64,000 nucleotides of DNA, from the NCBI GenBank assembly GCA_963841915.1, contig CAWJEN010000005.1:1056001-1120000 (forward strand), read 5' to 3'. Shown here piece by piece: positions 1 to 9,773 of the stretch. The stretch is from an uncultured Planctomycetota bacterium. GTDB lineage: Bacteria; Planctomycetota; Phycisphaerae; Tepidisphaerales; Tepidisphaeraceae. Both the position numbers and the translations under genes were made by a program. A model generated the notes under the pieces. It was not told the DNA's origin and did no database searches. It saw nothing but the letters and a program-made list of their open reading frames with translations. The stretch's first letter is position 1; every line of letters starts with the position of its first letter.

Positions 1-623
1 ATCGCACGACGGGTGTTGACCTGTCATTCCTGATCGAATTGACGGCAGCCGTGCGGCGCGGGGCACACAACAGCTTCGTCATGGCCGACATGCCGTTCGG
101 CAGCTATCACGGCGATCGTGGCCGGGCGGTCGCCAACGTCTGCGACATGGTTCGCCGCACCGGCTGCGACGCGGTGAAGCTCGAGGTCACGCAACGACAG
201 CTCCCGCTCGTGGAAGAACTCGCCGATGCGGGCGTTGCCGTTTGTGCACACATCGGCCTTCGTCCGCAAAGCGTGCAGACGGTCGGGTACGCCGTGCAAG
301 CCAGGACCGACGAAGCCGCCGACGCGCTGGTCGACGACGCGACCAAGTTCGAGGCCGCCGGTGCTGCGATGCTGCTCATCGAGGCCGTTCCGCCCCTGGC
401 GGCGACGCGAGCGGTCGAGGCTGTGAACATTCCGATCATCGGCTGCGGTGCGGGTGGATCACCGTTTGCTCACGTCGTGGTCCTGCACGATCTGCTCGGC
501 CTGACGCCTCGCAAGCCCAAGTTCGTGCCTGAGCTGGGCCAGCCGTCGCTGCGACAGGCGGGCGAGTCGTGGGTGACGATGGTGCGTGACGGCTCGTACC
601 CTTTGCCCGAGCACACGTACTAG
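1..623 (+). CDS. panB: 3-methyl-2-oxobutanoate hydroxymethyltransferase (5' truncated by window)
   Basis: Motifs ADMPFGSY, AVKLE, HIGLRPQ, IIGCGAG, HDLLGL, PKFV; frame open to the window edge. Confidence 0.93.
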   Translation, partial: RTTGVDLSFLIELTAAVRRGAHNSFVMADMPFGSYHGDRGRAVANVCDMVRRTGCDAVKLEVTQRQLPLVEELADAGVAVCAHIGLRPQSVQTVGYAVQARTDEAADALVDDATKFEAAGAAMLLIEAVPPLAATRAVEAVNIPIIGCGAGGSPFAHVVVLHDLLGLTPRKPKFVPELGQPSLRQAGESWVTMVRDGSYPLPEHTY

Positions 624-641
624 CGACCGCCGGCCCGCCTG

Positions 642-2132
<1,491 letters not shown>

Positions 2133-2174
2133 CTGTCGCGGGTGAAGCGTGCTCGGTGTCGATACCATGGGTTC

Positions 2175-2780
2175 GTGAGCGCCACCCCACCACCCGCCGC
2201 CGATGCCCGCGACGCGTCTGACCGTGTCCGGGTGTTGGTGGTCGACGACGACGAGATGTTCCGTACACGTCTGTGTCGAGCCCTGGCCAACCGCGGGCTC
2301 GAGCCGATCGCCGCCGCCAACGCCGACGAGGGCGAACAGCAGGCCCGCCAGCATCGTCCAGACTGGGCGACGATCGACCTGCGCATGCCCGGTCGCGGCG
2401 GGCTCGAGCTCGTTCGCTCGCTCCACAAGTTCGACGGCAACATGCAGATCGTCGTCCTCACGGGCTACGGCACCATTGCGACGGCCGTCGAGGCGGTGCG
2501 GCTTGGTGCAGCTGACTATCTGACGAAGCCGGTCGACGCCGACCAGATTCTGGCGGCCTTCGAGGTCGCCGAGGCCAAAGCCGCGGATCGCCCGCTGCCG
2601 GAGATGCCGCGGATCAAGGCCGCCGAGGCGCAGACGCCGTCACTGGCGCGGGTCGAGTGGGACTACATCCACCGCGTGCTGGCCGACTGCGGCAACAACA
2701 TCTCCCAAGCCGCCCGCAAACTCGGCATCCACCGCCGCAGCCTTCAACGCAAGCTGCAGAAGCTGCCGCCGTTGGAGTGA
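2175..2780 (+). CDS. regA: RegA/PrrA-type response regulator (receiver plus Fis-type HTH)
   Basis: LVVDDD, DLRMP, LTGYGTIATAVEAVRLGA, SLARVEWDYIHRVL, NISQAARKLGIHRRSLQRKL; GTG start inferred from TACCAT box 6 nt upstream. Confidence 0.88.
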   Translation: MSATPPPAADARDASDRVRVLVVDDDEMFRTRLCRALANRGLEPIAAANADEGEQQARQHRPDWATIDLRMPGRGGLELVRSLHKFDGNMQIVVLTGYGTIATAVEAVRLGAADYLTKPVDADQILAAFEVAEAKAADRPLPEMPRIKAAEAQTPSLARVEWDYIHRVLADCGNNISQAARKLGIHRRSLQRKLQKLPPLE

Positions 2781-2869
2781 CGGCAGTCGTCATTCAATTG
2801 TAAAAGCCGCTTGATCTGAGGCAAAGCGTCAAGTTCTGGTGCGTCATGGTTAAAACCGCCGTCTTCGGC

Positions 2870-2926
2870 GGGCAAACCGTGTCCGGACGCTCGTCCTGCC
2901 AACCGCGCCGCCGACACGGTTTGCCC
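2870..2926. terminator. 14-bp perfect inverted repeat between convergent regA and regB
   Basis: GGGCAAACCGTGTC (2870-2883) and GACACGGTTTGCCC (2913-2926); no U-tract, function inferred from position. Confidence 0.45.
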
Positions 2927-2986
2927 CGCGTCAGACCGCGGTTCAAACCGTGGCACCGTGGCTAGATCGCGACATCGACTGACGCC

Positions 2987-4279
2987 TCACGCCAGGGGCA
3001 GATCGAGGGTCGCCGTCGTGCCGACGCCGGGGGCGGAGTCGAGATCGAATCGGCCGCCGTTGTGTTCGGCGACGAGGCGGACGAGGAACAGCCCCAGCCC
3101 CATGCCGCGACCGGGGTCTTTGGTTGTGTAGAACGGCTCGATCGCCCGGCGGAGCGTTGCGTCGTCCATGCCCGGCCCGCGGTCGACCACGGTGAAGGTC
3201 ACGAACTTTTTGCCGCGTGTGACGTCGAGCGACACACGCCGCCGATCGGCCGGCAACTCGGACGCGGCATCGATGGCGTCAAATGCGTTGTTCACCAGCA
3301 AGTCCAACGCCTGATGCACCGCGCGATCCGCAGCGGCAATCGGTGGCAACGTTGCCTGCAGCTTCAGGTCCAGCCGGTGACGGCGGTCCGGCGCCAGCCG
3401 CTTGCGGATCGTTTCTGCCGCCTCGTCGGGCCGAGCGGTGCCACGTTCGTCGGTCGTGCGACCGGCCACGTCGCCGCGAAGCCGCTCGAGAATGTCTCGG
3501 CAGCGGTCGACCTGTTGGCGGACGAGTGAGGCGTCTTCTGCCACGTCGGGCGCTTCGAGCTTCGTCGCCGCCAGCTCCATCTCCTTGGCGACGACGGCAA
3601 TGGTCGCCAGCGGCGTACCGAGTTCGTGGGCGGCACCGGCGGCGAGCGTGGTCAACGCGGCGAGTCGTTCGCTGACCTGCGCCTGCTCCCGCGTGGCGGC
3701 CAGTTCTTTGTCGCGGGCGGCGAGCGCGCCGACGACGCGGGTGACGAAGTAGGCGATGAGGGCGACGACCAGCAAGAGCGCCGCCGCCCGACCGAAGGCA
3801 AGTGTGCCGGACGTGATGTTGCCGTCGGGGTCGAGGGGCCAGTGCTCGTAGGCGATCGCGCCGTAGCAGGCGGCTACGACACCGACGATGGCCCACGTCC
3901 ACCAGTTGCCCAGCACGCTGGCAGCGAGTGCGACGTGCAGGACGTAGAGGATGGCAAAGGGGTTGTCGCTGCCGCCCGTGACGTAGAGCATCACGGTGAG
4001 CAGGACGATGTCGAGGACGACGACACCCGCCGCCGCGGCCGTGCCTCGGCGCTTCATCCAGGCGGCCACGGGTCGCCAAGTGAGCATTGCGTTCGTTGCG
4101 AGGGTGATCGCGATGACACCGACGAGCGGGACCCAGGTGTAGGCGATGCCGAGCCCGAGTGCGGCGGCGACGATCGTGACGAGCTGCCCCGTCGCCGCCA
4201 GCCACCGCAAGCGGACGAGCCACAGCAGCACGATGCCGTCGTTCATCGGGCCAACGGCAGGGGCGGGCGTCTCGGTCAC
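2987..4279 (-). CDS. regB: RegB/PrrB-type membrane sensor histidine kinase
   Basis: LVRLRWLA, TGGSDNPF, about 6 TM helices, AAGAAHELGTPLATI H-box, DRGPG and GMGLGLFL G-boxes; start uncertain (4279 GTG or 4246 ATG). Confidence 0.88.
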   Translation of the reverse strand: MTETPAPAVGPMNDGIVLLWLVRLRWLAATGQLVTIVAAALGLGIAYTWVPLVGVIAITLATNAMLTWRPVAAWMKRRGTAAAAGVVVLDIVLLTVMLYVTGGSDNPFAILYVLHVALAASVLGNWWTWAIVGVVAACYGAIAYEHWPLDPDGNITSGTLAFGRAAALLLVVALIAYFVTRVVGALAARDKELAATREQAQVSERLAALTTLAAGAAHELGTPLATIAVVAKEMELAATKLEAPDVAEDASLVRQQVDRCRDILERLRGDVAGRTTDERGTARPDEAAETIRKRLAPDRRHRLDLKLQATLPPIAAADRAVHQALDLLVNNAFDAIDAASELPADRRRVSLDVTRGKKFVTFTVVDRGPGMDDATLRRAIEPFYTTKDPGRGMGLGLFLVRLVAEHNGGRFDLDSAPGVGTTATLDLPLA

Positions 4280-4442
4280 GCCAGCAGTGTTGCAAGGCGG
4301 CCGCGGCGGCGCACGCGCAGCGGCCGCTTTCTGGCGACGACCCCACCCGCCGCCGCATCGCACTGGCGACGCGGTACGACGACGGCCACGTTCGCATCAT
4401 GCCTGACTGGCGACGACCCGCCGACGCAGGTGCGGAGCAAAA

Positions 4443-4458
4443 TGTTCCACGTGGAACA
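4443..4458. other. parS centromere site
   Basis: Perfect palindrome TGTTCCACGTGGAACA matching the ParB-binding consensus TGTTNCACGTGNAACA. Confidence 0.92.
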
Positions 4459-4509
4459 TTTCCCGGCGTCTGCCAACCCCGCTGGCGACCGGCAAAACGT
4501 GTCGGCCGA

Positions 4510-4525
4510 TGTTCCACGTGGAACA
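4510..4525. other. parS centromere site
   Basis: TGTTCCACGTGGAACA; the palindrome extends to 26 bp (4505-4530, GCCGA...TCGGC). Confidence 0.92.
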
Positions 4526-4602
4526 TCGGCTGTAACCAAGCCCGCCAAACCCCCGGCGGCCGCCGCGGCGCACCAAAAAAAGCTTCAATTGAAAAAACAG
4601 CT

Positions 4603-5484
4603 TCAATCGGCCGTCTGCTCCTGTACTTCAGCCGCCCGGACGGTGTTGGCCAGCAGCATCGCGACGGTCATCGGCCCGACGCCGCCGGGCACGGGAGTGA
4701 TGAAGCCGGCGATCGGGCGAACGCGGTCGAAGTCGACGTCGCCGACCGTCGAGCGTTTGCCGTCGAGGCTTGTAACGCGGTTGATGCCGATGTCGATGAC
4801 GCATGCGCCGGGCTTGACGTGATCGGGCCCGATGAGGTTGGGCCTGCCGACGGCAACGACGAGCACGTCGGCCCGCTTCGTGTGGCTCGTCAGGTCGACC
4901 GTCTCCTTCTGACACACGGTCACGGTCGCCTTGCGTTGCGTCAGCAGCAGGGCAACGGGTTTCCCCGCGATTTCACTGGCACCGACGACGCAGGCTTCTG
5001 CGCCTTCGAGCTGCAGGCCGGTCGACTCGATGAGTTCGATGGCCGCCCGTGCGGTGCAGGGGGCGATGAGCGTTCTGCCGTAGACGACGCGTCCGATGTT
5101 GGCCGGCCCGACGCCTTCGACGTCTTTCTCGCTGGCAATGAGCCCCTGGAGCGGCGTCGGATCGATGCCGCCGGGCAAGGGCAGGTGAAGCATGATACCG
5201 GTGACGCCCGGGTTGTTGTTGAGCCGGACGATCTCAATGGCGATCCGATCGGCCGACGCGTCGACGGGTAGGCGACGCAGGTCGTACTCGATGCCGACGT
5301 CACGGCAGGACTGAGCCTGTCGCTCTGCGTAGACGGCTGCGCCGCCCGGGTCACCGCAGAGGATGGCCGCGAGCTTGACCGCCTTGCCGTTGGTAGCCAG
5401 TCGTGCAACGCGGTTGGCAGTCCTGGCTCGCGAGTCGTCGGCCAGCCGCTTGCCGTCGATGATGTTCGCACCTGACTGGGCCAT
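4603..5484 (-). CDS. folD: Bifunctional methylenetetrahydrofolate dehydrogenase/cyclohydrolase
   Basis: IIDGK, HLPLP, KDVEG, PCTA, VVGASEIAGKP, DIGINR, ITPVPGGVGPMTVAML. Confidence 0.96.
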   Translation of the reverse strand: MAQSGANIIDGKRLADDSRARTANRVARLATNGKAVKLAAILCGDPGGAAVYAERQAQSCRDVGIEYDLRRLPVDASADRIAIEIVRLNNNPGVTGIMLHLPLPGGIDPTPLQGLIASEKDVEGVGPANIGRVVYGRTLIAPCTARAAIELIESTGLQLEGAEACVVGASEIAGKPVALLLTQRKATVTVCQKETVDLTSHTKRADVLVVAVGRPNLIGPDHVKPGACVIDIGINRVTSLDGKRSTVGDVDFDRVRPIAGFITPVPGGVGPMTVAMLLANTVRAAEVQEQTAD

Positions 5485-5508
5485 GCGCGGGCAGTCTAGA
5501 CGGCAAGC

Positions 5509-6771
5509 CTAGTGCTGCGCCTCGCGTGGCGGCATGTGAGCTCGTTGCAGCACGCTGACGCTTCTCCGAAACCTCTTTGTCTCCTGAAGTGGCTGCTCTA
5601 CGTCACACAGAAAGTCGACAGGCCTGCGTCGCCACCAGCGGTAGGGCTTGCCCCGTCGGTCGCAGCGGACACGCACCCCGCCCGGCCAATGTTGGACACG
5701 GACCGTCTGAACCTCGTCCCAAGGCACCACGTCGGGCAAAGGCACGCCCAGCAGTGACTGGCCGATACCTTTATTCGTGATGTGCAATCGGCCCTGACCG
5801 GCGGGCGCGGTGGCGACGTCGCCGAGCCGTTGTGCCTTCTCCCGGGCGGCCTCGCCGACGAGTGACAGCCGCATGAACAACCAGACCAAGCCACCGGCGA
5901 AGGCCATGACGATGCTCGCGACAGCCGCAACGCTGTACCCGGGCGGCAGGTTTCGCCACGCCCACAGCACCGCCATCATCGGCGCGAGCACCAGCGTCGC
6001 CCCTAGCAGGCCACCGCCCAGACTGGCAGCCGACACCAGGAGCAGCGACTTGAGCACGCCACCGCGACTGCTGCCGCCTGCCGTCGGGCCACGTCTTCCG
6101 TAGATCAGCAGGTCATCCTTTGCCCAGGCCCAGCCGCACTCAGGGCAGACGCGACCCGGCACGCCTCGAAGCACATAACCGCAGTCACCGCAGTGCGTGA
6201 TCGTGTCGATGCGGCTGAAGCTTGGGTTGGCAGCCCCGGTCGGCAGCACGTCTCGCCCAGCCCGCATGTCTTCGTACAACGGGCGCATGACCCGCCGGAA
6301 GAGGACAGCCGTCAGCACGTTCGGCGGCGTCGCAGAAAGCGGCCGACCCAGCACGACCAGCGTCCGCGGCGGGCGAACGCGGTGCATCAGCTTCAGCTGT
6401 CCGGTTCCGCTGACCGAGTCGAAGCGCAGAAACGGATGGTCATCGTAGTCGCGACGCTTGGTCGAAGGCGGCGTCTTCTTTTGCCACCGCCTTAGCCAGT
6501 AGAGGTTCCGCCGACACCAACTGCTCTCACCGAGCAGCATCGCCCCGAGCCACCTTCTGCGCGGCAGCACGAGAGCGGCCAGAATCGTCAGGAACAGGAA
6601 CACGCTCGATGCACCCACGAGCGCGCGGACGAATGTGCTGTCGGTAAGAACGAACCACAGCACGTTGAACGCGAGGCTCAACGTCGCGACCAGCATGCCG
6701 ATCAGCTTTTGCCGTCGTGACGGTTCGTCGGCTACCAGAATGACGTCTTCCTGAGCAGCCGCGTCGCTCAT
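5509..6771 (-). CDS. Hypothetical membrane protein with C4 zinc ribbon (paralog B)
   Basis: Four hydrophobic segments; HCGDCGYVLRG...CPECGW; ATGA overlap with upstream paralog. Confidence 0.75.
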   Translation of the reverse strand: MSDAAAQEDVILVADEPSRRQKLIGMLVATLSLAFNVLWFVLTDSTFVRALVGASSVFLFLTILAALVLPRRRWLGAMLLGESSWCRRNLYWLRRWQKKTPPSTKRRDYDDHPFLRFDSVSGTGQLKLMHRVRPPRTLVVLGRPLSATPPNVLTAVLFRRVMRPLYEDMRAGRDVLPTGAANPSFSRIDTITHCGDCGYVLRGVPGRVCPECGWAWAKDDLLIYGRRGPTAGGSSRGGVLKSLLLVSAASLGGGLLGATLVLAPMMAVLWAWRNLPPGYSVAAVASIVMAFAGGLVWLFMRLSLVGEAAREKAQRLGDVATAPAGQGRLHITNKGIGQSLLGVPLPDVVPWDEVQTVRVQHWPGGVRVRCDRRGKPYRWWRRRPVDFLCDVEQPLQETKRFRRSVSVLQRAHMPPREAQH

Positions 6772-8015
6772 GCCGGCACGCTACGACCGTCGCCTTCGTC
6801 TGCCGGATGGTTCCACGTGACACGGTTGAGCGATCGAACCCGCTGACGCAGATCACGCACCTCCTCACCAGGCTGGTTCAGGTCGCAGATGAAGTCGACG
6901 GGTCGCCTGCGTCCCGGCCACCGCCAGCTGCCATGCCAGTCGGCCCGCACCCGCACGCCGCCCGGCCAGCGTTGGATGCGAATTCGGTCGAAGGCGTTCC
7001 ACGATTCGATGCGGATGCCGTTTTGACCAAGGTTGCCTTGCGCGATCCCGTCGCGATTGAGCAGGAGCCATTCACGTCCGGCCGGAACGAGCGAGGCTTC
7101 TGCCAGCCGATCTTCGCGCTCCCGCTCCGACTCGCTGCCGCTGACAAGCTTCCACACGAACAGCATCGCCAAGAAGCCAATGACGAGCACCGGGATCGCC
7201 GCCGATGACAACCGTGCAATCGGCCTGAGCCCGCCAAAAACGACGATGAACACGGCAATAGTGACCGTCACGCCTTTCAGGTCGGCAAAATTGAAGAAGT
7301 GCACCATCTTGCCCCGCATACCGGCTCGACGCGTGAAGAAGTGCCGCACCAGCGTCGGTCCTGGGCGACCGAATAGGACGATCCCGCCCTCACCGCAAGA
7401 CCAGCCGCATTCCGGGCACGTCGTCAGCCCTGCACTCGCTGGCGTCTCGGGGTGGTGCAGGAGGTAATGGCACTCAAGGCAGTGCGTGGGCGTCGCAGGT
7501 CGAGCAAAGGCTTCGGGATCTCTCGCTTCGGCAACGAGGTCCCGCAGTCGCTCGATGTCGCGGTGCAGTCTCGGCGAAAGGCTTCGATGCACGCTCGGCG
7601 CTTCGCCTTGCTTCCGATTCGTCTCGGTTCGCGACGTGACTGCCAGCTCCACACGCCTTCGGTAGGCGGCCCAAAGGGTTTGTACCGCCGGTTTCTCGTC
7701 ATAGGCCTTGAGCTTTGACGACCAGAAGTTCACCCGCAGCGAGTTGCCCCAGTAGCCCTCGCGCCCGAATCGGATTCGCGTCCAATCCCGGAACGGCCCA
7801 ATGTCGTAGAACAACCCCACGGCCGCGACGGCAGATAGGACAGCCGAGAGCAACAGCAACAGCTGAACGTACCATGCTGCTCCATTGACGTACGAGGCCA
7901 GCGTGATGAGGCCAAAGATGAATGCGAGTACGCCCAAGAGGATTGTGGAATGGACCCGCTCGACCGTCGACCTCGGGTCGGCTCTGAGCTCGATCTGGTC
8001 GACGTCCTCGCTCAC
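6768..8015 (-). CDS. Hypothetical membrane protein with C4 zinc ribbon (paralog A)
   Basis: Four hydrophobic segments; HCLECHYLL...CPECGW; C-terminal WPGGVRVR..RRPVDF.CD shared with neighbour; GTGA overlap with HIT gene. Confidence 0.75.
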   Translation of the reverse strand: MSEDVDQIELRADPRSTVERVHSTILLGVLAFIFGLITLASYVNGAAWYVQLLLLLSAVLSAVAAVGLFYDIGPFRDWTRIRFGREGYWGNSLRVNFWSSKLKAYDEKPAVQTLWAAYRRRVELAVTSRTETNRKQGEAPSVHRSLSPRLHRDIERLRDLVAEARDPEAFARPATPTHCLECHYLLHHPETPASAGLTTCPECGWSCGEGGIVLFGRPGPTLVRHFFTRRAGMRGKMVHFFNFADLKGVTVTIAVFIVVFGGLRPIARLSSAAIPVLVIGFLAMLFVWKLVSGSESEREREDRLAEASLVPAGREWLLLNRDGIAQGNLGQNGIRIESWNAFDRIRIQRWPGGVRVRADWHGSWRWPGRRRPVDFICDLNQPGEEVRDLRQRVRSLNRVTWNHPADEGDGRSVPA

Positions 8016-8593
8016 GCCCGGTTCAACTCGTCTTTCAGCGTCTGCCAGAGCGTCTCAGGCATCTCCGGGACGATGCGGACGTTGCCGACGACACTCATGA
8101 AGTTCGTGTCGCCCGACCACCTCGGGACGATGTGCCGATGCAGATGCCCCGGCACGCCCGCGCCGGCGGCGGTACCGAGGTTGATGCCGACGTTGAAGCC
8201 TTGCGGGTTCATGACGTCGCGAAGGAGCCGAATCGCTTTCGTCGTCGCCTCATGCATCTCTATGGCTTCGTCGCGATCGAGCAGGTCGAGATCGGCCACG
8301 TGCCGTCGTGGGGCGATCATGACGTGGCCACTCGTATAGGGAAACCGGTTGATGACGCAGACGACCTTGTCGCTCTGCCAGACGACGAGGCGACGCTGAT
8401 GCGCCTGCTCCTGCGTCTCGCCGAGGTCGGTCACGGCTGTTTCAACGTTGCCTGCGGCACATAAGAAACACCCGCCGTACCGCTTGGCCAGCGGGTCGGT
8501 GAGTGAAGGATCCTTTTCGAGCGACTTGATGTACTCCATCCGCCACGGCGCGTGCAGCTGCGCGGGACGGTTCTGCTGGGCGTCGACAGGCAC
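8012..8593 (-). CDS. HIT-family protein (Ap4A phosphorylase-like)
   Basis: APWRMEYI, CFLC, NRFPYTSGH, GFNVGINLGTAAGAG, HLHRHIVPRWSGDTNFM. Confidence 0.92.
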   Translation of the reverse strand: MPVDAQQNRPAQLHAPWRMEYIKSLEKDPSLTDPLAKRYGGCFLCAAGNVETAVTDLGETQEQAHQRRLVVWQSDKVVCVINRFPYTSGHVMIAPRRHVADLDLLDRDEAIEMHEATTKAIRLLRDVMNPQGFNVGINLGTAAGAGVPGHLHRHIVPRWSGDTNFMSVVGNVRIVPEMPETLWQTLKDELNRA

Positions 8594-8602
8594 GCCCGGA
8601 GC

Positions 8603-9034
8603 CTAGTTCAGTTCACCAGCCGGTCGGACGCGATCGAAGGTGCTCAGGACACGTTGGCGGACCGAGACATCGTCGTAGCTGCGTCCGATGCCGATGCTGC
8701 TGCCACCAAAGCCGAACCCGCGAAACCCGCCGCCCCATCCGCCGATGCCACCGATGACGCGTTGGCGGTCGTCGATGTCGAGCAGGTAGGTCGAGATACG
8801 GGCCGAGTCGTAGCCGAGCAGGGCGGTCTCGCCGCGACCCGCTCGTGCGAGCCGGGCGTCGAGCGCGTCGCTGAGGTCGGCCGGGAACCGCTGTACCATC
8901 GGTGGTGCGTAGGCCAGGGCCGAGGCAGCGACGGGCTGTGCGACGGCCTGTTCCTGCTTATCGCTGCCGGCACAACCGACGCCCAAGAGGGTGACGAGGC
9001 AGCACGAGACGAGACTGAATGCATTCTTCCGCAT
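8603..9034 (-). CDS. Putative lipoprotein with Gly-rich C-terminal segment
   Basis: MRKNAF..LLGVGC lipobox-like leader; GGIGGWGGGFRGFGFGG segment. Confidence 0.6.
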   Translation of the reverse strand: MRKNAFSLVSCCLVTLLGVGCAGSDKQEQAVAQPVAASALAYAPPMVQRFPADLSDALDARLARAGRGETALLGYDSARISTYLLDIDDRQRVIGGIGGWGGGFRGFGFGGSSIGIGRSYDDVSVRQRVLSTFDRVRPAGELN

Positions 9035-9264
9035 GGCAAGGCAAGGGCAACGACGGTGCCGCAGTGCCAAAGCTACCACACGATGGCCTCGTCGGCCGCA
9101 GGTCGTGCCGGATGATGCCAGGCGGCGGCGCGGCGAGGTGGATACGGTGCGACAAGACAACATCCGGATCGCGGGTTCCCGTCACACCCGTTCTCGATTA
9201 AACCCTTGCAGCGGCCTTTGTTAGCTGTCAACCACTGCCGCCCTCGCAACGTCACCCGCACGCC

Positions 9265-9675
9265 ATGGACACCATTACCAAGAAAGAGCTGATCGAACGC
9301 ATCGCCGACGAGACCGACGAGAAGCGGACGACGGTCAAAAAGGTCGTCCAGATGTTCCTCGATGAAGTCGTCGATGAGTTGGCCAAGGGCAATCGGCTCG
9401 AGTTCCGCGACTTCGGCGTGTTCGAGACCAAGGTTCGCCAAGCCCGCCGGGCCCAAAACCCGCGGAAGCGGCAAGCTGTCTGGGTGCCCCAGCGGACGAC
9501 GGTCAAGTTCAAGCTCGGTCGACTGCTGAAGCTCAAGCTCGAGGCGCTCGACGAGGACCGCAACACCGCCGCCGATGGCACGCCCGCACCGGCCGACCTG
9601 CCGGTGGCGACGCCCAAGAGTCAGATTGTCCGCAACAAGCCCAAGTCCGCAACACCGCCACCGGCAGGTGGCTGA
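9265..9675 (+). CDS. HU/IHF-family DNA-binding protein with Pro-rich tail
   Basis: TKKELIERIA, LEFRDFGVF, RRAQNPR, VKFKLGR. Confidence 0.92.
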   Translation: MDTITKKELIERIADETDEKRTTVKKVVQMFLDEVVDELAKGNRLEFRDFGVFETKVRQARRAQNPRKRQAVWVPQRTTVKFKLGRLLKLKLEALDEDRNTAADGTPAPADLPVATPKSQIVRNKPKSATPPPAGG

Positions 9676-9773
9676 GCAGTCGCGTGCGGGGCTGGTTGTG
9701 TATCGTGCCGAAGGACGGCTACGCTCGTCGCCCGCACCAGCCGGTGCGTCACGATCACGGAAGGACGTAGCGC

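Noticed and set aside
2868..2895. GGGCAAACC...GGACGC resembling the c-di-GMP-I riboswitch core (GCGGGCAAACCGT recurs at 32403-32415)
   Set aside because: No GNRA-capped stem or GCAAAG, it lies between convergent genes, and it is better explained as one arm of a 14-bp inverted repeat.
4296..4572. parS repeats as a CRISPR mini-array
   Set aside because: Only two 16-bp palindromes per locus, they match parS exactly, and no cas genes are present.
6809..6824. parS-like GGTTCCACGTGACACG inside a CDS
   Set aside because: Three mismatches to the consensus, single copy, no flanking cassette boxes; probably chance or a weak site.
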